A stretch of DNA of 64,000 bases from NCBI GenBank assembly GCA_050633245.1, contig JBOEGD010000024.1:266846-330845 (forward strand). Reading direction: 5' to 3'. Made by a program: the position numbers and the translations under genes. Origin of the DNA: Calditrichia bacterium. GTDB lineage: Bacteria > Calditrichota > Calditrichia > RBG-13-44-9 > J075. Under the pieces are notes generated by a model. The model did not search any database. It saw nothing but the letters and a program-made list of their open reading frames with translations, and had not been told where the DNA came from. Shown here one piece after another: positions 55,188 to 64,000 of this stretch. Within the stretch, counting starts at the first letter, position 1; each line of letters opens with the position of its first letter.

Positions 55188-56882
55188 TTACTTAATGAAA
55201 AGCATCTTTCGCATTTTACTTCCGCCATCTGTAGACAGCCTATAAAAATAGATGCCTGCCGCTGCACTACCGGGCTGCCAGTCTACTGTATGGGCGCCTG
55301 CGATGTAGGTACCGGCTGCGAGCGTCTCAACTTTTTGTCCAATACTATTGTAGATGTCGAGTTGAATGCGTTGAGATACTTCCAGAGAGAAGCGGATGCT
55401 GGTCGATGGATTAAATGGATTCGGATAGTTTTGTTCCAGCTGGAAAGTTGTCAGCTCATTTCCATTGTCTGAAATACCCGTCGGGTAAATTTCTATCGGA
55501 TTACCGGGTGTTAAGTCCAATCCGACGAATCCCGGATAGTCGGGCGGGTAGCGGTTTGCCCGAAAGGTGGCGTTCGCACCAGATGGGATCTGTGTGCCCT
55601 GCATAACCGGACCGGTATCAATAACCGGATTTACATAATACCAGTATTGGGTACCGGCGTTATCAATTTCGAAGAAATTTCCATTTGCTCCATCACAAAC
55701 GAGTGTGTTGCCATTTGGAAGGCGCTGCGCGCCAGAGATAAACCGTGAGTAAAAGTCTGTTGGTGGGTCGTCAGTGTAAATCCAATTGACGTTGTCGGGG
55801 CCATGCGACATACCGGGGAGAGGCTGTGGATACATGCCGTTGCTATCAACTGTAGTGGTCATCTCTTCAATAGAAGTATACGCTCCGGCCGGGCGCCCCT
55901 GACCATTATTGAAAATCAGTATATTTCCCGCTCCGGGTAAACCTTCATCAATCCAACTCACGTCATGATGGTTGAAAAATTTCCGATCGGCTGCTGTGCC
56001 TCTGTTATAGGCAGCAGGGTTTCCCCAGCGATATAGTAAATCCCCTCCCATTCCGCTATTTCCACCGGAATGGCCGGCCGCTTCCGCCGTTGTCGTGCTA
56101 TGATCAATAATCCAGAATTCACCAAGGTAGGGAGAATTTAAGATAATTTGATCCAGATCGGCATTATAGTCTATCGCATTGCCATGTAACCAGTCCGGAC
56201 CGGGACTAATTGCATAATTTATGTTTAGTAGTTCCGGATGATCGGCCACAACACCAAAATTGTCTTTAGATGGATCGATATCCTGGATAACGTGATCCAT
56301 TATATGCCATTCCCAGACGATGTTACCACCATTTGCCCCAACCGGTTCAACTTCAATGATATGCTCTGGCCATAAAACACCCGATGACAGTAAATTCGGA
56401 TCTCTTCCGGCTTGAATGGCATCCGCACCCGTTACGAGCTCCCAGGCGAGAATCAATACGTTGCCATTTGGCATCGGTGCAATGTCGTGATGGTGGCGTA
56501 CATCAGAATTCGAATAGAGAAATTCCCAGATAATGTTGCCATCCCAATCGTATTGCTCGATCAATCCTGCATCACCACCGGCAATAAACACCGGGTTCCC
56601 GCCCGGGTCTGCTGTTCTTAGAAGCGTGCCATCTTCCAGGAAATATACTGAGTTGCCCACAACGTAATTGCTTTCCCAAGAGCGAACTTCAAGCCCATCA
56701 TTGTTCATCAAATAGGTTGTTTTGCCTCTAAGTGAATTAAACAGCGTATATCCATCGGATGAGCCGGGATCGTTTTGAAACAATCCAACTGTTTGAACGG
56801 ATTGAGCCAAAAGCGGCGTGCTGCTAAACAGAAGAACGTAAAACATGCTTTTAATAAGAAATTGAAAGAACCTCGTTTGCAT
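55188..56882 (-). CDS. Aryl-sulfotransferase (ASST)-family beta-propeller protein with a T9SS C-terminal sorting domain
   Basis: 564 aa with a signal peptide. Motifs GYTLFNS, RHHHDIAPMPNGNVLILAWE, WEWHIMDH and HGNAIDY fit the ASST family as I recall it. The C-terminus is QNYPNPFNPSTSIRFSL...GIYFYRL. Confidence 0.65.
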   Translation of the reverse strand: MQTRFFQFLIKSMFYVLLFSSTPLLAQSVQTVGLFQNDPGSSDGYTLFNSLRGKTTYLMNNDGLEVRSWESNYVVGNSVYFLEDGTLLRTADPGGNPVFIAGGDAGLIEQYDWDGNIIWEFLYSNSDVRHHHDIAPMPNGNVLILAWELVTGADAIQAGRDPNLLSSGVLWPEHIIEVEPVGANGGNIVWEWHIMDHVIQDIDPSKDNFGVVADHPELLNINYAISPGPDWLHGNAIDYNADLDQIILNSPYLGEFWIIDHSTTTAEAAGHSGGNSGMGGDLLYRWGNPAAYNRGTAADRKFFNHHDVSWIDEGLPGAGNILIFNNGQGRPAGAYTSIEEMTTTVDSNGMYPQPLPGMSHGPDNVNWIYTDDPPTDFYSRFISGAQRLPNGNTLVCDGANGNFFEIDNAGTQYWYYVNPVIDTGPVMQGTQIPSGANATFRANRYPPDYPGFVGLDLTPGNPIEIYPTGISDNGNELTTFQLEQNYPNPFNPSTSIRFSLEVSQRIQLDIYNSIGQKVETLAAGTYIAGAHTVDWQPGSAAAGIYFYRLSTDGGSKMRKMLFIK

Positions 56883-56976
56883 AGCCGCCTCTGGTTTTTA
56901 TTCTTGATGGTTATGTGTAAACATAAAGCTGATTCACTACAGAATTCAAGTTCTAATTGTAACCAGTACGATTGTT

Positions 56977-57597
56977 TTAGCGCTGTTTACCTGGTCTGCC
57001 GCCTTTTCCGCCTCGGGGGCCACGTTCTTTCCGTTCATTCTTCATCTTGGCAAAGATTTCTTTCTGGTCTTCTGTTAGAAACGCTTCGATCTGTTTATCC
57101 TGGCGGTCTCGAATACTGCGCATCTTTCCGCGTATTTCGCGACGATCACCACCACTTTCTTCTCGCAATGTTTCCATTTCCTTGCGTGTGTTCGACAAGA
57201 CAGGGGTAATTTGCTCTACTTGTTCTTCGGAAAGCTGTAATTTCTCTTTCAATTCTCTTAAACGAGGGTCATCAGCGCGCCTTTCTTTCATCGTACTGAA
57301 CGTTTTCTTTTGGTCATCTGTCAGCACATTCATGATTTGCTGATTTGTTTGCTTCTTTTGCGATTTCCTGGCCTGGTTAACTGCGCGCATGTCGTCCTTA
57401 TTCAACTCATGCGTTCTATTTAACTCGCTTTCTTCATTTTCTAAAATCAGACGAATCTGTTCTGTCTGAGCTTCAGTTAGCGTGAGCTCCTGCTGAAGAT
57501 GATTGAGTCGTTTGTTAACAGTCGGCTTGTCCTGAAGGGCGCTCGCAGGAATGATAATAATTAACGCGAATAGAATGGCCTTGATTAGATATTTCAT
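56977..57597 (-). CDS. Periplasmic Spy/CpxP-family (LTxxQ repeat) protein
   Basis: ATG 57597 gives the signal peptide MKYLIKAILFALIIIIPASA. It has four LTxxQ-like repeats (LTEAQTEQI, LTDDQKKTF, LSEEQVEQI, LTEDQKEIF) and a basic Gly-rich tail. Confidence 0.6.
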   Translation of the reverse strand: MKYLIKAILFALIIIIPASALQDKPTVNKRLNHLQQELTLTEAQTEQIRLILENEESELNRTHELNKDDMRAVNQARKSQKKQTNQQIMNVLTDDQKKTFSTMKERRADDPRLRELKEKLQLSEEQVEQITPVLSNTRKEMETLREESGGDRREIRGKMRSIRDRQDKQIEAFLTEDQKEIFAKMKNERKERGPRGGKGGRPGKQR

Positions 57598-57781
57598 CGT
57601 AGTTCTCTCATTGTTGAAGTGAATATAAACTCTATTAATTCTCTTGTATAGATTTAGACAATGAGCCACTGAATTTATTGCAGGTCGAAGAATCGAATCG
57701 AAATATTCTGGTAAATCTCCGATTTTTGTTCTATGTTTCAGACGATTCAATCCTAACATGCTTTTGTGAAAGGCTGTCTAA

Positions 57782-58195
57782 ATGAATAGCACGCGTAGTA
57801 GATCTTTCCGATGGGGGCTGGTAATAGCTGTACTCGGCGTGCTCGCCAGTGGCTGTGAACCTATCGCCACCTATCGCTATGTTCTGAAAAACGACACCTC
57901 GCACCCTCTAACAGCAACATATTCAACCTTCTCTTTTCGCGACTCTACCGTTGTTGTTGCGGCAGAATCTACCCGGGTTATTTATGAATATCAGCGTCTT
58001 GGTAAGGTAAAAGATGTTCAGGAACGCTTTGAACTTGAGATGAAGGCAGTAAGCGTTTCGTATAAAGACAGCGTTATTTATATACAGGAGCCGGTTCAAA
58101 GGCGCTTTTGGGAGATTGAAGAGAAGAAGGGGGCGTTCGGTGGAGGGCATGCCAGTTATATATTGTTCTTAAATGCAGCTCTGTTAGGACTATAA
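57782..58195 (+). CDS. Small lipoprotein, function unknown
   Basis: 137 aa with the lipobox VLASGCEP. Confidence 0.5.
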   Translation: MNSTRSRSFRWGLVIAVLGVLASGCEPIATYRYVLKNDTSHPLTATYSTFSFRDSTVVVAAESTRVIYEYQRLGKVKDVQERFELEMKAVSVSYKDSVIYIQEPVQRRFWEIEEKKGAFGGGHASYILFLNAALLGL

Positions 58196-58200
58196 AAAAA

Positions 58201-58229
58201 CACCTGCCAAAATAGTAGCAGGTGCTTTT
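58201..58229. terminator. Bidirectional Rho-independent terminator between convergent genes
   Basis: CACCTGC (58201-07) pairs with GCAGGTG (58218-24). It is flanked by an A7 run upstream and CTTTTC downstream, so the T-tract is better when read on the - strand. Confidence 0.65.
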
Positions 58230-58272
58230 CGTCGCTTTTCAAGCGACAGGCCTGTGAGGTAGCCTAAAGATA

Positions 58273-58668
58273 TTAAAACTGATAGAAATCGAATTTACTA
58301 ACGCCGCAGTTGGGCACAATCGATCCGAGATCCGGCATAAATCCAAAACCTTCAATTCGAGAGTCTGATCCGCGCGTTATTACGATCGTTACTTCTTCAC
58401 TGTTTGGGATTACGCATAGATCGACCTCAGCAGGAACCCAGGCGCGATCCAGATCTATTCCTGCCTGAAGTAAGTCGGCAAATAGATCGGCAGCTTCGTC
58501 AAGTTCGCCAATACGATAATAAATTTGGTCTGTATCAGGGCCGTCCGGGGCATTGTCTACCTGCGAAGGTTGCGGGACAAAAATATTGTCCTCCTGATCG
58601 ACAGCGCTGTTGCAGCTGAGACTCACTGTTAAAATGAGTAAAAGCATTATTCCGGATTTCCAGTTCAT
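58273..58668 (-). CDS. Small lipoprotein, function unknown
   Basis: ATG 58668 is preceded by AAGGAG and gives MNWKSGIMLLLILTVSLSCNS, which contains a lipobox. The product is 131 aa. Confidence 0.55.
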   Translation of the reverse strand: MNWKSGIMLLLILTVSLSCNSAVDQEDNIFVPQPSQVDNAPDGPDTDQIYYRIGELDEAADLFADLLQAGIDLDRAWVPAEVDLCVIPNSEEVTIVITRGSDSRIEGFGFMPDLGSIVPNCGVSKFDFYQF

Positions 58669-58851
58669 TATGTACTCCTTTTCGTTTATCTGCCACAAAT
58701 TACGGGCATCTGCATAAATATAAACAATTTTGATGCCAAAGCTGTAAAAGGCAATAGGTGGCAATTCTACATTGATTTTGGAATTAAACTGTTAACTAAG
58801 TTAGCACTGACCATCAGAAATCTGAAAAAAGCTCAAATATTTGGAGACTCT

Positions 58852-59712
58852 ATGCTTGAAACGCTGATCTCTACAGAAAACCTTCATACGCACCTTGGAC
58901 AGGAAAACTGGATCATTATTGACTGCCGCTATGGTCCCGGCAGGGATGGTGGTAGAGAGGGTTACCTGAAAGGGCATATCCCCGGAGCACGTTATGCACA
59001 CCTTGATGATGATCTTGCTGCGCCGCATCAACCGGATGTTACGGGTCGCCATCCGTTACCTGATGTGAAAACATTCGGTGAAAGACTTGGTTCATGGGGG
59101 ATTTCGAACGATACGCAGGTAATCGTCTATGATCAGGGAATCGGTGGATTTGCAGCAAGACTATGGTGGATGCTTCGTTGGGTGGGACATGATGCGGTAG
59201 CGGTTCTCGATGGAGGCTGGAATAGCTGGAAGTTTGGCGGATATGAAGAATCGACTACCGTCCCGGTACCAACGCATGCGTATTTTGAAGTACATCCAAG
59301 GCCCGAGATGTTAACGTCTCTTGAGCAATTGGAAACCAATCTTGAAAATCCGGGAATGCAGTTGGTCGATTCCAGGTCACATGAGCGTTATATCGGAAAG
59401 AATGAGCCCTTCGACCCGATAGCCGGTCATATTCCAGGGGCGGTCTCTTTGCCATTTACAGACAATGCTGTGAATGGTCGTTTTCGAACGTCGGCTGAGT
59501 TACGGAAGCGTTTTTCAGAAAGCTTAAATAGTGAATCAGACGAAACGGTTTTTTACTGCGGATCTGGTGTAACAGCCTGCCACAATATCCTGGCGTGGAA
59601 ACATGCCGGACTGGGTGATGCAAGTTTGTATGTTGGCTCGTGGAGCGAATGGATTGTTGGTAGAGGGCGCCCAATGAACTTATCTGAAAATGAAGATTCT
59701 GATAATATATAA
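58852..59712 (+). CDS. sseA: 3-mercaptopyruvate/thiosulfate sulfurtransferase (tandem rhodanese)
   Basis: 286 aa with two rhodanese domains. The active-site loop CGSGVTACH is the 3-MST-type CG(S/T)GVTA motif. Confidence 0.85.
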   Translation: MLETLISTENLHTHLGQENWIIIDCRYGPGRDGGREGYLKGHIPGARYAHLDDDLAAPHQPDVTGRHPLPDVKTFGERLGSWGISNDTQVIVYDQGIGGFAARLWWMLRWVGHDAVAVLDGGWNSWKFGGYEESTTVPVPTHAYFEVHPRPEMLTSLEQLETNLENPGMQLVDSRSHERYIGKNEPFDPIAGHIPGAVSLPFTDNAVNGRFRTSAELRKRFSESLNSESDETVFYCGSGVTACHNILAWKHAGLGDASLYVGSWSEWIVGRGRPMNLSENEDSDNI

Positions 59713-59774
59713 GATTTTTATTCGCGTAAAAATCGGGTGTGGTGAGTATTTCAAATCATTTATCTGGAGGAATT

Positions 59775-60233
59775 ATGAAAGTCTTACTATCTGTTTTATT
59801 TGCTGGTCTCTTATTTATGGCATTTACTGATTCTGCTGAAACAAAGGCAGACGAAGCAGCAATTCGAGTTGCTGTTTTGGATTATGTGGAAGGTATTTAC
59901 GAAGTGCAGCCTGAACGTATTGATCACGGTATTGACGTTACCATGCGTAAATACGGTTTTGGCTTCAATAGCCGAGAGAATACTTATTATGGTGCACGAG
60001 AAATGAACTTCAAGCAGTTGCGCAATTTGGCGGCAAACTGGAATAAGGACGGTTCGCGTGCCGATGCAAAAACGTCACCAAAAGAAGTTGTTATTTTTGA
60101 CCAGTTGGAAAAGATTGCCTCGGCAAAACTGGTTGCAGAATGGGGCGTGGATTATTTCCATCTCGTAAAGGAAGAAGGCTCATGGAAGATTCTTAACGTT
60201 GTATGGCAAAGTCACCGACCTAAAGCGGAGTAA
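59775..60233 (+). CDS. Exported NTF2-like (SnoaL/lumazine-binding-like) protein
   Basis: ATG 59775 follows GGAGG. It has the signal peptide MKVLLSVLFAGLLFMAF, and AAIRVAVLDYVEGIYE... is typical of the NTF2-like fold family. Confidence 0.45.
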   Translation: MKVLLSVLFAGLLFMAFTDSAETKADEAAIRVAVLDYVEGIYEVQPERIDHGIDVTMRKYGFGFNSRENTYYGAREMNFKQLRNLAANWNKDGSRADAKTSPKEVVIFDQLEKIASAKLVAEWGVDYFHLVKEEGSWKILNVVWQSHRPKAE

Positions 60234-60329
60234 AATGCCAAGACGATAAGGCGAATAAGATGAGTTCTTATTTCCGACTGTTTATCATGAAAACTCGTTG
60301 ATTGCCGGACTTAACCAAAGAGTAAAAAC

Positions 60330-61661
60330 ATGAAGCTTTTTTTGTTGATTTTTATAGTGGTGATGTTGCCTGTTCAACTCAGTGCCCAGTGGTCCATAGC
60401 ATCTCCAATGCCGAAGGCGTTGGCAAATAATGCAGTTGCTTCACTGGACATTGTCGGAACCACTTTTGTCTACAGCTTTATGGGAATCGACTCGACCAAA
60501 ATTTGGTCCGGCGTTACGAGGCAAGCGTTTGCCTATAATAACACGACAAATATGTGGAGTGAGATCGCATCGGTTCCGGGAACAGAAGGACGCATCGCTG
60601 CAGCTGCGGTCGGGTTTAAAGGTAAAATCTATTTGTTTGGCGGCTATAGTCTTGCTCCAAATGGAAATGAAATAACCTACCCGAATGTCGATATTTACGA
60701 TCCATCGACTGACAATTGGTCCAGCGGAGCGCCGGCACCAGTTGCAGTTGATGATCAGGTGATTGCCGTATGGCGAGACAGTCTAATCTATTCGGTCAGC
60801 GGCTGGTCCTCCAGTCAGAACGTGAAAAATGTTCAAATATACAATCCATTATCAGACGATTGGATGCAGGCCACTGAAATTCCCGGAGCCGGCGTTTTTG
60901 GTCATACCGGCGGAATTGTCGGAGATACACTCGTATACTTTGACGGTGCGCGCAACTCGTTTAACTTCCCGTTAAACGGCGGCAATTTTATGGGCATTAT
61001 TAATCCACTCCAGCCCGATTCTATTACCTGGAGTAGCTTGCCGGCTCATCCCGGCCCCAGAAAATATCGCGCCGCTTCGGCAACGTTAGGAGCGCGAATC
61101 TTTTTCGTTGGGGGCTCAGACAATTCTTATAACTTTAATGGAATTGGCTATAATGGCCAGCCATCGGAGCCATCCAATCTGGTATTTGCATTTAACTCAG
61201 CAACTGGTGGATGGGAATCTTTTGGAACAAGTTTCGATGCGACAATGGATCACCGTGCAATGGGCGTTGGCGATGACTCTCGGCTCTTTCTTGTTGGAGG
61301 AATGATTGGCGGTCAGGTCGTTAGCAATAAAATGTATACCTATCTGCCTGAGGAACCAATATCGTCGGTTTCACCCAGTCTCACCTCTGATATAGCAGAG
61401 GAATTTCTGCTGCAGGGTAATTTCCCAAACCCATTCAATCCTTCTACGACTATTCGCTATTCTCTACCACTGGCAGAACACGTAACTCTGGAACTTTTTA
61501 CGGTTTCGGGAGAGCGGGTAAGAACGTTGTTAAGCGAGACGCAACCTGTGGGAGTACAGTCCTTTCAGTTTTATGCGTCTGAGTTATCAAGCGGTGTCTA
61601 CATCTACCGTCTGACAACTGAATCGGGTAGCCAGGCAAAGAAAATGATTTTTCTGAAATAA
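60330..61661 (+). CDS. Kelch-repeat beta-propeller protein with a T9SS C-terminal sorting domain
   Basis: 443 aa with a signal peptide. It has repeated Kelch signatures (GKIYLFGGY, ARIFFVGG, RLFLVGG, W..). The C-terminus is GNFPNPFNPSTTIRYSL...GVYIYRL. Confidence 0.65.
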   Translation: MKLFLLIFIVVMLPVQLSAQWSIASPMPKALANNAVASLDIVGTTFVYSFMGIDSTKIWSGVTRQAFAYNNTTNMWSEIASVPGTEGRIAAAAVGFKGKIYLFGGYSLAPNGNEITYPNVDIYDPSTDNWSSGAPAPVAVDDQVIAVWRDSLIYSVSGWSSSQNVKNVQIYNPLSDDWMQATEIPGAGVFGHTGGIVGDTLVYFDGARNSFNFPLNGGNFMGIINPLQPDSITWSSLPAHPGPRKYRAASATLGARIFFVGGSDNSYNFNGIGYNGQPSEPSNLVFAFNSATGGWESFGTSFDATMDHRAMGVGDDSRLFLVGGMIGGQVVSNKMYTYLPEEPISSVSPSLTSDIAEEFLLQGNFPNPFNPSTTIRYSLPLAEHVTLELFTVSGERVRTLLSETQPVGVQSFQFYASELSSGVYIYRLTTESGSQAKKMIFLK

Positions 61662-61663
61662 TC

Positions 61664-62590
61664 ATGATAGAGTGCCGGGGACCGTTTTATGGAGCAAATA
61701 CTGTGAAAAAAAGGTATTTATGGCAAGCACGGATTTGCTCTTATCTAATGTGGCTGATTACCCTGCTTATTCTTAATATGTTCTGCGGCTGTTTTGCAAC
61801 CGTGCAGCAGCGTACTCATGGTGAAAGACCTCAAATACCTGCTGAGAACATCTTACGCTCTGCGCATTCACATAACGACTATCAACATTATCCCAAGACC
61901 GGCCGCAGGTATGGTTTCAGTAGCCTGGAAGTTGATGTGCATCTTGTTGATGGCACTCTTTATGTTGCCCATGATAAAGAGGACATTAAAGAATGGCTTA
62001 CCTTCAAGGATCTTTATCTTGTGCTATTAAACTCAGAAAGCTCAGGACGCAGCTATTCACCCTGGTTGTTTGCTGAAAAGCAGCCACTCACACTTTTAAT
62101 CGACATAAAATCGGACTCGGTTGCAACCTATAACGCGCTTATGAATGAGCTGGAAACGGTTAAACCATTTTTGACAACTTTTAGCAGCAGTGAAATTGTT
62201 TTGAAGCCGCTGCTGATTATTATTTCCGGAAATCGTGCAAAACAACGAATGTTGCAGGATAGCCTACGTTATGCTGCCTATGATGGTCGTTTGAGTGATC
62301 TCGATAAAGCGTATCCTCCCAATTTCGTTTACTGGATTAGCGATAATTGGGAAAAGAATTTTCAGTGGCGAGGTGAAGGACAGCCATTAGAAAGCGAGAT
62401 TGTAAAATTAAGGGAGCTTGCAAATCGTGCTCATCAAAGAGGTGCAAAGCTGAGGTTTTGGAAAACTCCGGAGAAAGACAGGCAGGTGCGTGAACGCATC
62501 TGGAATCTACTGCTTTCCTGTGGAGTGGATATTCTTTCAACTGACAATATGAAACATCTGTCTGACTTTCTAAGAGCGCGGGAAAATTGA
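61664..62590 (+). CDS. PLC-like phosphodiesterase (PI-PLC X / GDPD-like, AIM6-type)
   Basis: 308 aa. AHSHNDYQH...SLEVDVHLVDGTLYVAHD is the catalytic His/Asp pattern of this TIM-barrel phosphodiesterase family. A possible internal start gives the lipobox LNMFCGC. Confidence 0.5.
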   Translation: MIECRGPFYGANTVKKRYLWQARICSYLMWLITLLILNMFCGCFATVQQRTHGERPQIPAENILRSAHSHNDYQHYPKTGRRYGFSSLEVDVHLVDGTLYVAHDKEDIKEWLTFKDLYLVLLNSESSGRSYSPWLFAEKQPLTLLIDIKSDSVATYNALMNELETVKPFLTTFSSSEIVLKPLLIIISGNRAKQRMLQDSLRYAAYDGRLSDLDKAYPPNFVYWISDNWEKNFQWRGEGQPLESEIVKLRELANRAHQRGAKLRFWKTPEKDRQVRERIWNLLLSCGVDILSTDNMKHLSDFLRAREN

Positions 62591-63291
62591 TGCGAATTCT
62601 GTATGTCTTCCCACACCCCGATGATGAGGCATTTGGACCGTCGGTTGCGATGTCTCAGCAAATTGTACAGGGTCATGAGGTTTTTTTACTGACGCTGACA
62701 AAGGGTGGGGCGACGCAGGAAAGACATAGATTCGGCTATTCGATCCTTAAAATGGGAACCATCCGTGAAAAGGAATTACGTGCATCTGCAAAGGTGATTG
62801 GTTTAAGTGGGCTGCGCGTATGTGATTATCCTGATGGCGGATTAAAGCTGCTCGATCCGCGAATACTGGAAGGGGAGATCCTTCAGAGCATAGACGATTG
62901 GCAGCCTCAGGTTTTGGTCAGTTACGCAGTGCATGGCATCAGCGGTCATCACGATCATCTTGTTTGCCATGCGGTCGTGAAGATGGCTTTCTTAAGCGCA
63001 GTTGCAGCAACCACTGTGCGGCGCCTCGCTTTCTATACCTCACCTCCACCCGCTCCCGGCAGGCGTAAATGCTTTTTTTCGACTAATGATGAAATCGATT
63101 GCCTTGTTACAGGAACTGAAGCAGATAGGAAATGCTTCTTAAAAACGCTTGAATGCTATGCAACGTATCAAGATCGTATTGAGCGCTCTGGAATTACCCG
63201 AGCGAAACATAAAAAAGTCTATTTCGAATTCTTCGGCGAGTCGTTTGAGAACTGGCTTGATGATTTGACAAAATCGCTTCCGGATAAATAG
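62590..63291 (+). CDS. PIG-L/LmbE-family N-acetylglucosaminyl deacetylase
   Basis: ILYVFPHPDDEAFG (the PDD metal motif) and a downstream HHDH. ATG 62590 overlaps the upstream TGA (TGATG). Confidence 0.8.
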   Translation: MRILYVFPHPDDEAFGPSVAMSQQIVQGHEVFLLTLTKGGATQERHRFGYSILKMGTIREKELRASAKVIGLSGLRVCDYPDGGLKLLDPRILEGEILQSIDDWQPQVLVSYAVHGISGHHDHLVCHAVVKMAFLSAVAATTVRRLAFYTSPPPAPGRRKCFFSTNDEIDCLVTGTEADRKCFLKTLECYATYQDRIERSGITRAKHKKVYFEFFGESFENWLDDLTKSLPDK

Positions 63292-63364
63292 AATTCGATT
63301 ATATTAATCGTACACTATCGGCGCAAAAACTGTTTTTTAGAATACGAAGCGAATAAGGAAGCTT

Positions 63365-63901
63365 ATGAAGAGGCTTTTGATACTAGTAGGTATTGTATTT
63401 GGCTTGAGTCAAACTGGATTTTCTCAGACGAATTCTTGGATATCGGGCATCGAGCTTCGTGCCTATCCGGCAGGATTAATTCCAAGTGTTATGGTTGGAT
63501 ATGTATCAACAAGTCAAAGTGAACTGGCTCTTTCAGCTGGAATGAACATTACAAACCGCCGGGATTGGGGTGAGCATGAAAACGAAGAGGGGCAGGGCTT
63601 TGGCGGCGGATTGCGCTATACCTATTTTTTTCGTACTGTAGATAATGATTGGTTTGCTGGTGCCGTTGCTGATGTTTGGCGACTTGCAATTGATTGGGAA
63701 GATGACAATGGGATGCGTTCTGGAGAAAGTAAGGTAACCGTATTTCAGCCGACAGCCAGAGGCGGTTATCGTTTTGCGCTCAATCCCGGCCTTCGCCTGG
63801 ATCTTGCCGTATCGCTCGGAGCCGAGATTAATGTTGCTACAGATGGTGAAGACGTAGGGCAGGGCGCAATTTTACTTTTTGGTGCTCAGCTTATGTTTTA
63901 A
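63365..63901 (+). CDS. Small outer-membrane beta-barrel protein, function unknown
   Basis: 178 aa with a signal peptide, alternating strands and a terminal ...GAQLMF (the C-terminal Phe signature of OMPs). Confidence 0.45.
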   Translation: MKRLLILVGIVFGLSQTGFSQTNSWISGIELRAYPAGLIPSVMVGYVSTSQSELALSAGMNITNRRDWGEHENEEGQGFGGGLRYTYFFRTVDNDWFAGAVADVWRLAIDWEDDNGMRSGESKVTVFQPTARGGYRFALNPGLRLDLAVSLGAEINVATDGEDVGQGAILLFGAQLMF

Positions 63902-63918
63902 AGCTTTTTGGAATAAGT

Positions 63919-64000
63919 ATGAAGAATATACTCAATGGTAAGTGTCGACAGCAGGTGTTTGAACGGCTGGAACGTTTGATTTCGGATAGCAAGCGGCAGT
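63919..64000 (+). CDS. 5' fragment of an unidentified ORF running off the window
   Basis: ATG 63919 gives MKNILNGKCRQQVFERLERLISDSKRQ..., and the frame stays open to the window end. It is too short to classify. Confidence 0.3.
   Translation, partial: MKNILNGKCRQQVFERLERLISDSKRQ

Overview
The window is chromosomal DNA of about 46-48% GC (estimated by eye) and gene-dense, with about 60 CDS, mostly on the + strand. I found no rRNA, CRISPR array, transposase or prophage. Three exported proteins end in the ...NYPNPFNP(S/T)T.I.Y.L... type-9 secretion (T9SS) C-terminal sorting domain. A TonB-dependent receptor starts with a carboxypeptidase-regulatory-like domain, and both tRNA genes are preceded by a TAnnTTTG motif. 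Together these point to a Bacteroidota-related (FCB-group) organism such as a Calditrichota-, Ignavibacteriota- or Marinimicrobia-like lineage; this is inference only.

Recognisable housekeeping content:
- lptF/lptG-type permeases, malQ, ferritin with tandem Fur-box-like repeats, and two tandem tRNA-Ser genes
- an N-terminally short rho, a lytic transglycosylase, and sbcD-sbcC-smg-topA-xerC-hpf
- an AlkA-like glycosylase, sanA, a class-C-like serine hydrolase, a rhodanese (sseA-like) and a PIG-L deacetylase
- three sensor or regulator sets (two histidine kinases, one receiver, one ECF sigma/anti-sigma pair)
- a cobalamin riboswitch driving a btuB-like receptor

Items most worth follow-up:
1. 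A 5' operon encodes a stand-alone Omp85-like barrel, an exported protein with a complete protein-kinase-like motif set, and a PlpD-type patatin autotransporter.
2. An ECF sigma/anti-sigma operon ends in an untracked 51-aa secreted Cys-rich micropeptide gene.
3. The B12 riboswitch-TBDT unit is followed by a YncE-like beta-propeller that carries a T9SS sorting domain rather than a lipobox.
4. A 16-nt palindromic core (GACTGGAGCAGTTTT) is amplified as tandem half-hairpins at two loci 26 kb apart, in the same position and orientation relative to neighbouring genes.
5. A secreted papain-like peptidase sits next to a SUKH/SMI1-like protein.
6. A 670-bp gene-free gap contains an orphan strong terminator and may encode an sRNA.

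All product calls rest on motif recognition by eye, with no database search, so family names are hypotheses and start codons are often ambiguous.
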